Shown here: positions 45,289-54,914 of the stretch, one piece after another
How positions within the stretch are numbered: position 1 is the first letter of the stretch
Layout: each line of letters opens with the position of its first letter
DNA from: Prosthecobacter sp.
GTDB taxonomy: Bacteria > Verrucomicrobiota > Verrucomicrobiia > Verrucomicrobiales > Verrucomicrobiaceae
Reading direction: 5' to 3'
Assembly: GCF_044226605.1 (NCBI RefSeq)
Contig: NZ_JBGAGS010000001.1
Span: forward strand, 91,214 to 155,213
DNA: 64,000 nt
Program-made: the position numbers and the translations under genes
The notes under the pieces: generated by a model
The model's input: only the letters and a program-made list of their open reading frames with translations
Told to the model about the DNA's origin: nothing
Database searches by the model: none

Positions 45289-48200
45289 TTATTTCCCTGC
45301 CACCTTCGCTCCAGCGGAAGGCAGCGTGCGCACACGCAGCGTTGGGCTGAGACCATACTTGTCAGGCTGGTACATCGCTTCGATTCTCGCAGGCGGAGCC
45401 ACTGTATCTCCTTCCGCAATCACGCGGGCCAAATACTGGAGGCTGAATTTTCCTTTCGCTGGAGCAAAGTCAGTAAAGAACAAGGCGCGGTCGGTGCGGA
45501 TTTCGCGATGATCGCAGAACCATTGCTGTGTGCCGTCGGGGAGCTGATCCCCTTCGCGTTCGCTTTGAGTGCCGAACTCAGGATTGACGGCTTCGAAGAC
45601 GGCAGGCAAAGCATCGTCGATGGCGAGATAGCGATCACCGCCGCCGATTTCGATCTTCAGCGTGACCACCACCATGTCGCCTACGCGAAGGTCTTCGGTG
45701 CCTGAGGTGGAGCCGTCCATGTTGAGCTTCTCGTAGCTGCGCTCGATGGCGTATCCCTTGTTCTCGCCGGCAAAGTCGCGCTGCGGCGGGTAGCTGCGTG
45801 CTTCGATGCGGCCATAAATCTCACGGCCTGCGGGAAGCTCAACACTCAGAGGCCTGGCGCTCAGCGCCTGGTTGAGCGCAAAGTTCACATGAGTGCTGGC
45901 GAATCCTGCACCGAGGGTGAGGGGCACGGCCTGCGTGTCCCAATGGCCGGTCGCCGTGAGTGGCTCGCCGACTTTCTTCAAGCTGCGTTCATACGCGGCC
46001 AGCGCAGTCAAGGTCCACGCGTTGGTGAAAGTATTGCCCCATTCACCGCGGCCATTGCGAGATTGCAGGATCGACACCGCCAGATGCTCGGCATCTTCGG
46101 TGAGGCCAAGATGGGTGTAGCAAATCAGGCGCAGCGCCTTGTTCGCCCCGTTGCCAGCCCAATGACTCCATACCACCGGGCGGGGCGCGGCTGGCGCCGC
46201 AGGAGCCGCTGTCTTGGCTTTGCTCTTGGTCTTAGTGTCGGTTTTTTTCTTGGAGGTGGCGACCTTGGCTTTGCTGTCCGCTTTTGGCGGCGCAGGTGGG
46301 GCCGCTGGCTTCCAGCCAAGCGTATCCTTGATCTGCTGCTCGGGGGCGTTGCTCAGGCACATGGAGAGCGCCAGGTAGAGCCGCGCGGTTTCAGGGAGGT
46401 GCTCGCGCCTGCCAAAGAGAAGGTTTTGATACGCCGGCTCCGGCTTGCCCGCCTTTGCCAGGGTGTAGAGAGCCAGGGCGGAATCGGTGATGTTGTAGAG
46501 GTCTTTTTCCTCCTCCAGACCACGAAGTTTCTTGGAGAGATATTCGACGAGCTTGTTGACGGCATCCTCCGGAACATTCGCGCCTTGATCGCGTGCCCGC
46601 AGCAGCAGCAGTCCGCCGTAGGCACTGCCCCACAGGCTGGACTCCGTGCCACCCGCCCAGTAGGCCAGGCCACCTTCATCCGTGGTCATCTGCAGCAGCT
46701 TGTCCACACCCGCCTGCACCACTTTTGCTGTCCTGCCTCCACCCAGCTGGTCTGGAAAGAGCGGTTCGTATTTGCCGAGCGCAAGCCAGGGCATCGTGGC
46801 GGATGTCGTTTGCTCCACGCAGCCATAAGGATAATGCAGCAGGTAGTCCAGAGCATCCCGCGCTTCGTATAGACGGCTGTTGCTGATGCCGAGTGAGAGC
46901 GAGCCTTCTCCTTCAAGCAATGCAGGATTGACGTCCTTGATGAGGTTCTCCTGCGGTTCATCCGCCTTGAGGCGAGTGTATTTCACATACTTCAACTCGG
47001 GCACCGGATGATTCACTTCAAAAACAGACTCTGTGCCGTCGCTCGCCGCGGAGGGCCAGTCCACACCGCGAGCGGTCCACTTCCATTTTGCGGTGCCGAG
47101 CTGTACAAACTGCACAGGGAATGCCGTCGCCGCAGTTTCGCCCGCCTTGATTTGCAGGATGACCTTCTGCAGCTTCGCGCTGCCGCCGGCGTCAGCCTTG
47201 AGGGAGGCAGGAATGAAATCGCGCTTGTCCTGAATGAAGTTCGCCGTGCCATCCAGCTCAAGAGTGACCTCCACAGCGCCTGCATTCGGAGTCGTGTTGT
47301 GAACGACGGCTTTCACGAGAAATTCATCGCCCAGGCGCGCAAAGCGAGGCACCGCTGGGTCGACCATGAGCGGCTTGTTGATCTTGAAAGCGGACTCCCC
47401 ACTGCCAAAGCGGTCTGCTCCGTGAGCGGCAACGGCCATGATGCGATAGCGCGTGAGGTTATCCGGCGCTGTGACGCTGGTGCTCAGCCTGCCCTGCGCG
47501 TCCGTGGTGCCGGAGGCGAGCCACAAAGGCGTGACCACGAAGTTTTTACGAAGGTTCATTTCCGGCCCGTTGCCATCGCCATCGCCCCCACCCACGACGA
47601 ACCCCTTGTTGCCGCGATCTCGTGCGCCGGCTTCTTCAGACAGCAGGCTGTCAAAGGAGGTGAAACTGTCGATGGCGAGCGGCAGTTCGGAGTGGAAGAA
47701 GGCGGAGGGGTCGGGCGTCTCGTGCTTCATGAGGCTAAGAACCCCTTCATCCACGGCATAAAGCGTCACATCTGCACCGGACACTGCCGTCCCTTTCGCA
47801 TCCGTGATCGTCGTGGTGATGTTAACCGCCTCCGCCGGGCGCACCTCTTCACGATCCGGTTTGACCGCGAGCTTCAGCTCTTTGGCGTCTGACTCCACAG
47901 TGAGAGCGCAGTAGCCTACACGATACTCCGGCATCTTATGCTGCCTGGTGCTGGCGGCGGATCCGCGAATGACAATCACGGAAACAAAGACATTTGGAAA
48001 CTCGTCCTCGCCCAATGGAACACGAATGATCGGATTTTCGAGCGTCAACTCCGTCACGAACTGGCGGTGCAGCTTGTTGCGTTCCAAGGTGACAAGGGCG
48101 GTGCCGGCGATGGGGGTCTTGACCACGATGACTGCATCCTCACCAGGCTTGAGCCTGGTTTTCTCGGGCTGGAGGTTCATGCGGTTGCCGTCCTCCATCG

Positions 48201-51200
48201 CCCACGGAAACTCCTTGCCGCCGATGGCATAGAACGGCATGCGAGAAAGCACCTTCGTGCCTTTGGCATCCACCGCCTCGGCCGTCACAAAGTACACGCC
48301 ACCTGCGGCGGGAGTAAACGCGACCGTGGTCGATGGTGCCGACCCCGCGGTCGCTGCTTTCAAATCCAGGCTCTGTTTCAGCTCCTCGCGCAGCACCACC
48401 TGATCCTTCGTCGTCGAGCCACCACCTGCGGTGGCGATCTTCAGCGTATGGTATTCCTGGCGCTCCACCCTGAGGTCCACGTGCACATTGCCTGCGGCGG
48501 GTGCGCCTTTGGAATCAATCGCCACCACCTCAAGTTGCATCGCCTTGCCTGCGGTTCCGAAATACTCCGGCCCCTTGAGTCCCAATAGAAAATCAGCTCC
48601 CGGCACTTCGAACTCAGTCGCAGCGCTGATGGTCTGTTCATTGATGTCCGTGACTTCGGCATTTACCCGCACGCGCTGGGGCAGCGCGGCACGGTCAGGC
48701 GGCGGCTGTGGCATTTCCAGAGTGGCAGTGCCGTCGTCGGCCAGGAAAAGATTGCCATTCAAAAACCACTCGTTGTCCGTTTCGTCAGTGGAGCCGCCTT
48801 CGTAATCACCGTCGGCATCTCGATCCTGCCCATAATGGGACCACTTGTCCGCTTCGCCAAAATGGTACCGCCGATACGCCTCCGGCGCCTCGTAATCACG
48901 CTGCGAGCTTGCGCTCCACTGCACCTTGGCCACAGACAGCGCCTTGCCCATGTAGTAGTTCGCGCTCAGCGGCAGATGGATGCGGTCCGGCTGGAATTTG
49001 AGCGCCTTGGTGTCGAGCTTCACCTCAAAAGTGTTCGGCTTGTAGTCGTCTATGCGGAAGGTCATGCCTCCGCCGTCATTGCTCTGGCTGTTGGGATTTG
49101 CCGCCTTCAGATTGATCGAGAGGTCGTACCAGCCCGCCGGGCCAGTCGGAAGCACCACATCATCCGCCCACGCTCCGTTGGCAGTGAAAGTAACCGGTTT
49201 GTCGATGACAATGCGGTAGCGTGGATCTCGAACCACCAGCCTTCCCTGGACTGGTGCGGGGTCGAGGCTCAAATCATCGCCAGTCAGGAGCCGCGTGTGA
49301 GCCTTGAAATGCGCCGCGTCACCCGGCTTGTAGAGAGGGCGGTCGGAAAAGACAAACGTGCGCCGCTGCGGCTGCCACACATCCTCGTAGGACCTCGAGA
49401 TGTCATATGGCACGCCTACGGAGCTGTCGCTGCACTCGATGACGGCACAGTCTCCGTTCTTTTCTGCAAGGACAAAGGAAGGCGAGGCGCCCGGCGCGGT
49501 CGCGATGCCGCTGGCGTCGGTGTCCCCATATCCGATGAGCTTCAGATCGCTGTCCACCAGAGTGAGGCGCACCCCCGAAACGGGCTTGCCCGTTTCCAGC
49601 GAAGTCACGAAGATCATGGTCTCGCGGCCATTGCTCTTCTGCATGATGCCCAAGTCGGTGAACTGCACCAGCGTCTGTGTCACGACACCCTTCTGCGTGA
49701 GACCGGCGGCAGCCGTACCTTCCAGCTCGATGAAAAGCGGCGCAGCAGCAAAATCACCCAGCACCTCGCGCCAGTTCAGTTTCAGGATTTCACTATGATC
49801 CAGCGGCTTGTTTACGGGGAAGCTGCGGTCAAACACCTGCGTGCCGGGGTAGGTCTCGATGGACTGCATTTTGTACGCCGCCTTCTGCTTGTCGTTGCCG
49901 TAGTAGGCGCTGCGATAGGCGCGGTATTGGTCGAGTGTTTTGAGCAGTTCCGGACCATTGAGGCGCTTAGCGCGTACACGCACCTGGCTCACATTGGCGG
50001 CGCTGAACTCATAATTTCCGTCTCCTTTCGCAAGCTGTGCATTGAGAAAGGACGGCGCGGCAAGGTAGGGAGGATTTGGGATGAAAGTGACTTCATTTTT
50101 GTAGTTCGCCTGCAGTGGCAGATTGTCCCCCGAAGTCATCGCCATGGCCACGGCCACGCTATACTTTTTGTTAACTTCGAAGGGCCCGGAGAAGCGCAGC
50201 GTGCTGCCGAGAATCTCGACCTTGAGGCCCGTCATAGGTCCTTCATCCTTGTTCACCACAGCCGCCAGCTTCTGACCGAGCGAAGTGCGGCGGATTGTGA
50301 CAAACGGAGCAAGCTTTTGCGCAAAGGCATCCACCATCTCCTTCGTCATTTCATCATTCGACGGTGGCAGCAGTCTTTTGTTGAAGTCGACGTCGATGTA
50401 ATAGTCGCTGTCAAAAGGTGTGTGCGCCTCAACCTCCCTCACCTCAAACGGCTTGATTTCACCCAGCTGAACTTCATTGCCAGCAGCGATCTGATTGGCG
50501 CCTGAGGCGTTGCTGAGAGTTGGAGCGATGACCAGGCGCCACTTGCCGATGGAAAGCTGGGCTTCAGGCTCAACAATAAGCGCGCTGAGACGAGCAGCAT
50601 CATCCGCGACGGCAGGTTTTGCCTTGGAGATCTGCTCGGCCCACGTCGCCTGGGGATCGGCGCTCATGCGGTTGAAATCTTTGCCCGTCGCATGGCGGAC
50701 CCTTGCAGCCACCGGCTGCGGTGAAGATTCGGAGACAAACTTGATGTGCTTGGCTGCCTCCGCAGGAACCACGCTATCATTGAACTCAAACAGGAAACGC
50801 GGGCTGCGATTCTGTGCGTCATCATCAAACCACCGCGGATGCTGGTCCACGATGAGGAAGCGCGCACTGTTTACGGAATCGAGCTTTTCAGCCGAGAGCG
50901 GCTTGCCGGCAAGATCGGTGAGGCCGGCACGCAACTTGAAATCATAGCTGCTGGCAAACTTGGGCGCCTGTGTGAGGTGAAAGTGACCGCTGCGCGTACT
51001 TGTCCACTCAAACGTGCCGGTCAGTTCCGGCACGACGATCAGCGGTGACGCCGCCGCCGTCTTGCCGATCTGGTCCTTTGCCACCATGGCCGTGGGAAAC
51101 ACGACTTCGATGGTGGATTCAGGTGCGAGTTCCTCAGGATTGATGGTGATGTCCGCATGCAGTTCCTGCTGAGGCGGTGTTTTGGAGGGAGAGCCGGTTT

Positions 51201-51288
51201 TTGCCGGAGCCGCGTATGCAGTGACTAAAGCGGCAACAAACGCCAGCGTCATGGCCGGCCGCAGCGCGAAGCTGAAAGTGTTTTTCAT
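45289..51288 (-). CDS. bacterial alpha-2-macroglobulin family protein with an intact thioester motif
   Basis: 1999 aa with a signal peptide and a repeated MG-domain-like beta architecture. YPYGCVEQTTSA places CVEQ at 46810-46821, and a TED-like helical region follows. Confidence 0.92.
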   Translation of the reverse strand: MKNTFSFALRPAMTLAFVAALVTAYAAPAKTGSPSKTPPQQELHADITINPEELAPESTIEVVFPTAMVAKDQIGKTAAASPLIVVPELTGTFEWTSTRSGHFHLTQAPKFASSYDFKLRAGLTDLAGKPLSAEKLDSVNSARFLIVDQHPRWFDDDAQNRSPRFLFEFNDSVVPAEAAKHIKFVSESSPQPVAARVRHATGKDFNRMSADPQATWAEQISKAKPAVADDAARLSALIVEPEAQLSIGKWRLVIAPTLSNASGANQIAAGNEVQLGEIKPFEVREVEAHTPFDSDYYIDVDFNKRLLPPSNDEMTKEMVDAFAQKLAPFVTIRRTSLGQKLAAVVNKDEGPMTGLKVEILGSTLRFSGPFEVNKKYSVAVAMAMTSGDNLPLQANYKNEVTFIPNPPYLAAPSFLNAQLAKGDGNYEFSAANVSQVRVRAKRLNGPELLKTLDQYRAYRSAYYGNDKQKAAYKMQSIETYPGTQVFDRSFPVNKPLDHSEILKLNWREVLGDFAAAPLFIELEGTAAAGLTQKGVVTQTLVQFTDLGIMQKSNGRETMIFVTSLETGKPVSGVRLTLVDSDLKLIGYGDTDASGIATAPGASPSFVLAEKNGDCAVIECSDSSVGVPYDISRSYEDVWQPQRRTFVFSDRPLYKPGDAAHFKAHTRLLTGDDLSLDPAPVQGRLVVRDPRYRIVIDKPVTFTANGAWADDVVLPTGPAGWYDLSINLKAANPNSQSNDGGGMTFRIDDYKPNTFEVKLDTKALKFQPDRIHLPLSANYYMGKALSVAKVQWSASSQRDYEAPEAYRRYHFGEADKWSHYGQDRDADGDYEGGSTDETDNEWFLNGNLFLADDGTATLEMPQPPPDRAALPQRVRVNAEVTDINEQTISAATEFEVPGADFLLGLKGPEYFGTAGKAMQLEVVAIDSKGAPAAGNVHVDLRVERQEYHTLKIATAGGGSTTKDQVVLREELKQSLDLKAATAGSAPSTTVAFTPAAGGVYFVTAEAVDAKGTKVLSRMPFYAIGGKEFPWAMEDGNRMNLQPEKTRLKPGEDAVIVVKTPIAGTALVTLERNKLHRQFVTELTLENPIIRVPLGEDEFPNVFVSVIVIRGSAASTRQHKMPEYRVGYCALTVESDAKELKLAVKPDREEVRPAEAVNITTTITDAKGTAVSGADVTLYAVDEGVLSLMKHETPDPSAFFHSELPLAIDSFTSFDSLLSEEAGARDRGNKGFVVGGGDGDGNGPEMNLRKNFVVTPLWLASGTTDAQGRLSTSVTAPDNLTRYRIMAVAAHGADRFGSGESAFKINKPLMVDPAVPRFARLGDEFLVKAVVHNTTPNAGAVEVTLELDGTANFIQDKRDFIPASLKADAGGSAKLQKVILQIKAGETAATAFPVQFVQLGTAKWKWTARGVDWPSAASDGTESVFEVNHPVPELKYVKYTRLKADEPQENLIKDVNPALLEGEGSLSLGISNSRLYEARDALDYLLHYPYGCVEQTTSATMPWLALGKYEPLFPDQLGGGRTAKVVQAGVDKLLQMTTDEGGLAYWAGGTESSLWGSAYGGLLLLRARDQGANVPEDAVNKLVEYLSKKLRGLEEEKDLYNITDSALALYTLAKAGKPEPAYQNLLFGRREHLPETARLYLALSMCLSNAPEQQIKDTLGWKPAAPPAPPKADSKAKVATSKKKTDTKTKSKAKTAAPAAPAAPRPVVWSHWAGNGANKALRLICYTHLGLTEDAEHLAVSILQSRNGRGEWGNTFTNAWTLTALAAYERSLKKVGEPLTATGHWDTQAVPLTLGAGFASTHVNFALNQALSARPLSVELPAGREIYGRIEARSYPPQRDFAGENKGYAIERSYEKLNMDGSTSGTEDLRVGDMVVVTLKIEIGGGDRYLAIDDALPAVFEAVNPEFGTQSEREGDQLPDGTQQWFCDHREIRTDRALFFTDFAPAKGKFSLQYLARVIAEGDTVAPPARIEAMYQPDKYGLSPTLRVRTLPSAGAKVAGK

Positions 51289-51544
51289 GGCGAACAGTGG
51301 GTTCGCCAGAGATTAGCACGCCACCCGCCGGGGCGAGGATATTTTTGGAGAGTTTTTGGAAATCTCAGGGCTGCCTGTTTTTGCGCCGCCGCCTTGACGT
51401 CGTCGACGGCGATCTCCTGCCCATCCTAACTGCCGACACAGAAGTCAAATGTTCCAAAGTTCAACTTCCGCCGTCCGGCACCGCAGGTTTCTCCCTGAAG
51501 CTCGCCTCAAAAAGTCGAGCTTCGGATGCCAAAGTGCAAGCTGT

Positions 51545-52690
51545 TCAGATCCAATCGTCAGCTTTTTGCCGTGCCCAGGCATCCGCCTGAATGAGCGATT
51601 CCAGCCCAGGATGCTCCACCACCTCGTGAGCCGTCATGACGTGCTCCACCGTCTGCCAAATGCCGGGGAACGAGAGCTTTCCATTCAGGAAGGCATCGAC
51701 GGCCACTTCATTCGCGGCGTTCAGGACAGCGGGAAGAGTGCCTCCGACGGTTCCGGCGTGGCGGGCCAGATTGATCGCGGGGAAGTCTTCCACGCGGGGG
51801 GCTTCGAAATGAAGCGCTCCGACTTTGGCGAAGTCGAGCGGCTTGAGGTTGTTCGGCACCCGGTCCGGCCACGTCACCGCATACTGAATCGGGAAGCACA
51901 TATCGCTGTGGCTGAGCTGGGCGATCACACTGTTGTCGGCAAATTCGACCATGCTATGGACGATGCTCTGGGGGTGCACGACGACTTCGATCTTGTCCAT
52001 CGGCACATCAAACAGCCACTTCGCCTCGATCATCTCCAGCCCTTTGTTGAAGAGCGTCGCGCTGTCGATGGTGATTTTTCGCCCCATCGTCCAGGTAGGA
52101 TGTTTCAGCGCCTGTGCGACGGTGACATCTGGCAGCTGATCCGCAGGCAACGTGCGGAAAGGTCCGCCGCTGGCAGTCAGCAAAATGCGCTGGACACTGC
52201 TGTGGCGGTGGCCTTCCAGGCACTGGAAGATGGCATTGTGCTCGCTGTCCACGGGGAGGATGTTCACGCCCTTGCGTTTGGCAGCCTCCGTGACGGCTTC
52301 GCCAGCCATGACGAGAATTTCCTTGCTGGCCACGGCCAAGTGCATGCCACGCTCGATGGCGGCGAGGGCCGGGGCGAGGCCGGCCGTGCCGACGATGGCG
52401 ACGAGGACCATGTCCGCCTCGGATTCGTTGACGAGATCGACCAGCCCCTGCGCGCCCGTGTGGAGTATGACATCCGAAGGCAGCAGCGCCCGAGCTTTTT
52501 CCGCAGCGGCGGCATCCGTCAGCGCCACCTGCTTCACGCCGGTCTCCCTCACCTGCCCGACCAGTGCCTCGACACTGCAGTTTGCCGCCAGCCCCACAAT
52601 CTGCATGCGTTCGGGGATGTCGCGCGCGACTTTGAGGGCGCTGGTGCCGATGGATCCGGTGGAGCCGAGAAGAAGTACTTTGCGCATCAC
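51545..52690 (-). CDS. dxr: 1-deoxy-D-xylulose-5-phosphate reductoisomerase
   Basis: LLGSTGSIGTSAL, LPVDSEHNAIFQCL and LTASGGPFR are present. Confidence 0.96.
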   Translation of the reverse strand: MMRKVLLLGSTGSIGTSALKVARDIPERMQIVGLAANCSVEALVGQVRETGVKQVALTDAAAAEKARALLPSDVILHTGAQGLVDLVNESEADMVLVAIVGTAGLAPALAAIERGMHLAVASKEILVMAGEAVTEAAKRKGVNILPVDSEHNAIFQCLEGHRHSSVQRILLTASGGPFRTLPADQLPDVTVAQALKHPTWTMGRKITIDSATLFNKGLEMIEAKWLFDVPMDKIEVVVHPQSIVHSMVEFADNSVIAQLSHSDMCFPIQYAVTWPDRVPNNLKPLDFAKVGALHFEAPRVEDFPAINLARHAGTVGGTLPAVLNAANEVAVDAFLNGKLSFPGIWQTVEHVMTAHEVVEHPGLESLIQADAWARQKADDWI

Positions 52691-52706
52691 GAAGGCTTGC
52701 TTTGGC

Positions 52707-53618
52707 TCATCGCGCGATGGCGGACAAGTAAAAATAAAACACCGGCGCCGTGAAAAGCAGGCTGTCCGTCAGGTCCAAAATGCCGCCGATGCCCGGAAGC
52801 GCATGGCCGCTGTCCTTGATGGCCACGCAGCGCTTCAGCACGGACTCCGCAAGATCTCCCGTGATGGCTGTGGCGCACAAAAGAGGCGCGAGGATCATGC
52901 CATGCACCCAGGTGAGCGGTGCCAGTTTCTCGGGGGTCGCGACCCACAGCACCACAATCGCAGCGGTAAAAGATCCAATAAAGGCCCCGACAAATCCCTC
53001 CCATGACTTCGCCGGACTGATGTGCGGGATCATCTTATGTTTCCCAAACAACACCCCCACAATGTAGGCACCCATGTCGCTGAACTTGGTGACCGCGATC
53101 AGGAAGAGCACCAGGAGGATGTCCGTGATCCCCTTCCCGTCCGCGTGGAAATACATCAGCCGGATCATGAACCCGAAAAAGATCACTGTGTACACTGTGC
53201 CAAACACGGTGTTGAAAATCCGCTGGAGGGTAGTCGCTCCTTCCAGTTGGTGGCGGTAGCACAGGATGAACGAGCCATGCACGCTCGCCGTCAGCGCCGC
53301 CAGGTCAAACTCCATCGGCGGTGCTTTGTGCCGCGTCGTCGTGTACCACAACACCGCCGCCCAGTAGGTGATGCAGATCACAAATCCCAGCGCATTGAAG
53401 CTGCGCGCGTGCGCATCATTCCGCAGCAGGCGGAAATACTCCACGGCACCGGCGACTCCGAAGAAGCCGGTGATCGCAATGATCAGCCAGTTGTTCTGCC
53501 ACTGCAAAAAGGCCACCGCCAGCAGCGACCACAGCAGCAACGTGCTGAACAAGCGGGAGGCGAAAACGCGACGCTTGCTGGGCGCGGGAGTCGGCGAGGC
53601 GGCGGCGGTTTCAGACAT
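52707..53618 (-). CDS. cdsA: phosphatidate cytidylyltransferase
   Basis: It is multi-TM, contains SDMGAYIVGVLFGKHKM and SPAKSWEG, and has a C-terminal signature region. It sits directly downstream of dxr. Confidence 0.88.
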   Translation of the reverse strand: MSETAAASPTPAPSKRRVFASRLFSTLLLWSLLAVAFLQWQNNWLIIAITGFFGVAGAVEYFRLLRNDAHARSFNALGFVICITYWAAVLWYTTTRHKAPPMEFDLAALTASVHGSFILCYRHQLEGATTLQRIFNTVFGTVYTVIFFGFMIRLMYFHADGKGITDILLVLFLIAVTKFSDMGAYIVGVLFGKHKMIPHISPAKSWEGFVGAFIGSFTAAIVVLWVATPEKLAPLTWVHGMILAPLLCATAITGDLAESVLKRCVAIKDSGHALPGIGGILDLTDSLLFTAPVFYFYLSAIAR

Positions 53619-53860
53619 GCGGCGGATTGGGGGTAGGGCACTTAGAGCGTATACCGCTGGTCAGAGCAATGCGATTTCGCGTTTGAAGCCTCTTCCTGCC
53701 TTGTAAAAATGACCGCCTTCCACCTACGGATTCATTCACTCAGACGCCTTTACGACCTGACACGGGCGGATTTGCAGAAGGTATTGCCCGCCCGAAGCAC
53801 ACCCCCACCGGGGGCCTTGCAGGCCTCCGGCCGCCCCGGGTGAAGCGCCAAAGGCGGGAA

Positions 53861-54850
53861 TCACAGCCCTCCGGCAAAAAACGCGCGCAGATCCTGCAGC
53901 CCCTGCCCCTCGGCGCATACTTCGGCGAGATTCGACACCGCAGCGGGAATGTGCTGCTCATAGTGCGGCTTGCCAAGATTTCGGCTCAGATTTGCATAAG
54001 CGCCAAGCGCCTGCATCAGACGCTGAGCGGCGCAGAGGTAAAACACTTCACGAAGATCCTTCAGCACCAGCGCCCGATGCTCCGCATAATACCCCAGCAA
54101 GCCGGCGCGTTCGGTTCGCGTGAGGGTCACGTATGGATCGTAGAGCAGCGAGGCAAGATCGTATTCCGCAAGTCCAAGGCGCAAGCCTTGGTAATCTACC
54201 AGCCAGGCTTCCTCCCCGCGAATGAGCACATTCTGGCTTTGAAAGTCGCGATGGACCAGGCACCGCGGCAGACGGGCGAGGCGCCGGCGCAACTGCCTCA
54301 GGCACTCATGAGCAGCATTGTATTCGGCCAGTGAATGCTCCCGTCCCAGAAAACCGCCCACGAAATGCTCCAGAAAGTAGCCTTGCTCCCATTCGTAGAG
54401 CGATTCGTCAAAGCCGGGCTCGAGCTCAGTGAGATCTGCCTGGGCGAGCGACTTCTCCCCCACCCCGTGAAATTTGGCCGCTTCGCGAAGCGTGGCCTGA
54501 TAAAGGGGAAAACGCAGATCCCAGGGCTGGTCATTGAAAGACTGAAGGTCCACCCGCCCGAGATCCTCCAGCCACACGCAGAGGCGCTGCTGGTCAAAGG
54601 CATACACCTGCGGCACATTCGCGCCGATTTTCTTCAGCCGGTAGGTGGCCGGCACAAATTTCGGATTGTCCCGACGTGCGAGCGTGTAAACCATCAGGAT
54701 CATCGGCTCGCGCTCAGCCTGCCAGTTCAGACGATAGAAGTGGCGGTCGGAGGCCCCCTTGAGGATCACCTCGACATCGCACGGGGTGCCGTTCAGTTCG
54801 GGGAACTGTTCGCGCGTGAAGATCAGCAAAGCCTCGTGTTCGGGGAGCAT
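53861..54850 (-). CDS. aminoglycoside-phosphotransferase-fold sugar kinase (AmgK-like)
   Basis: I chose the internal ATG at 54850. LVHRDFQSQNVLI is the Brenner motif, and VDYQGLRLGLAEYDLASLLYD is also present. Confidence 0.75.
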   Translation of the reverse strand: MLPEHEALLIFTREQFPELNGTPCDVEVILKGASDRHFYRLNWQAEREPMILMVYTLARRDNPKFVPATYRLKKIGANVPQVYAFDQQRLCVWLEDLGRVDLQSFNDQPWDLRFPLYQATLREAAKFHGVGEKSLAQADLTELEPGFDESLYEWEQGYFLEHFVGGFLGREHSLAEYNAAHECLRQLRRRLARLPRCLVHRDFQSQNVLIRGEEAWLVDYQGLRLGLAEYDLASLLYDPYVTLTRTERAGLLGYYAEHRALVLKDLREVFYLCAAQRLMQALGAYANLSRNLGKPHYEQHIPAAVSNLAEVCAEGQGLQDLRAFFAGGL

Positions 54851-54914
54851 GGGTGGAGGGAATGCAGAATGACGGGTGCAGAACAGCGAATGTCCAATGC
54901 AAAGCCGCGATTCC

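Noticed and set aside
48835-50505. A 556-aa ORF lies on the + strand antisense to the A2M gene. Similar long antisense ORFs include 5785..7371, 7316..9088, 9412..10653, 13257..14600, 22571..23731, 31719..32987, 55152..56624 and 62841..63974.
   Set aside because: These are typical high-GC shadow ORFs. They have Arg/Gly/Ala/His-rich, motif-free translations. Each fully overlaps a gene on the other strand that has clear family motifs.
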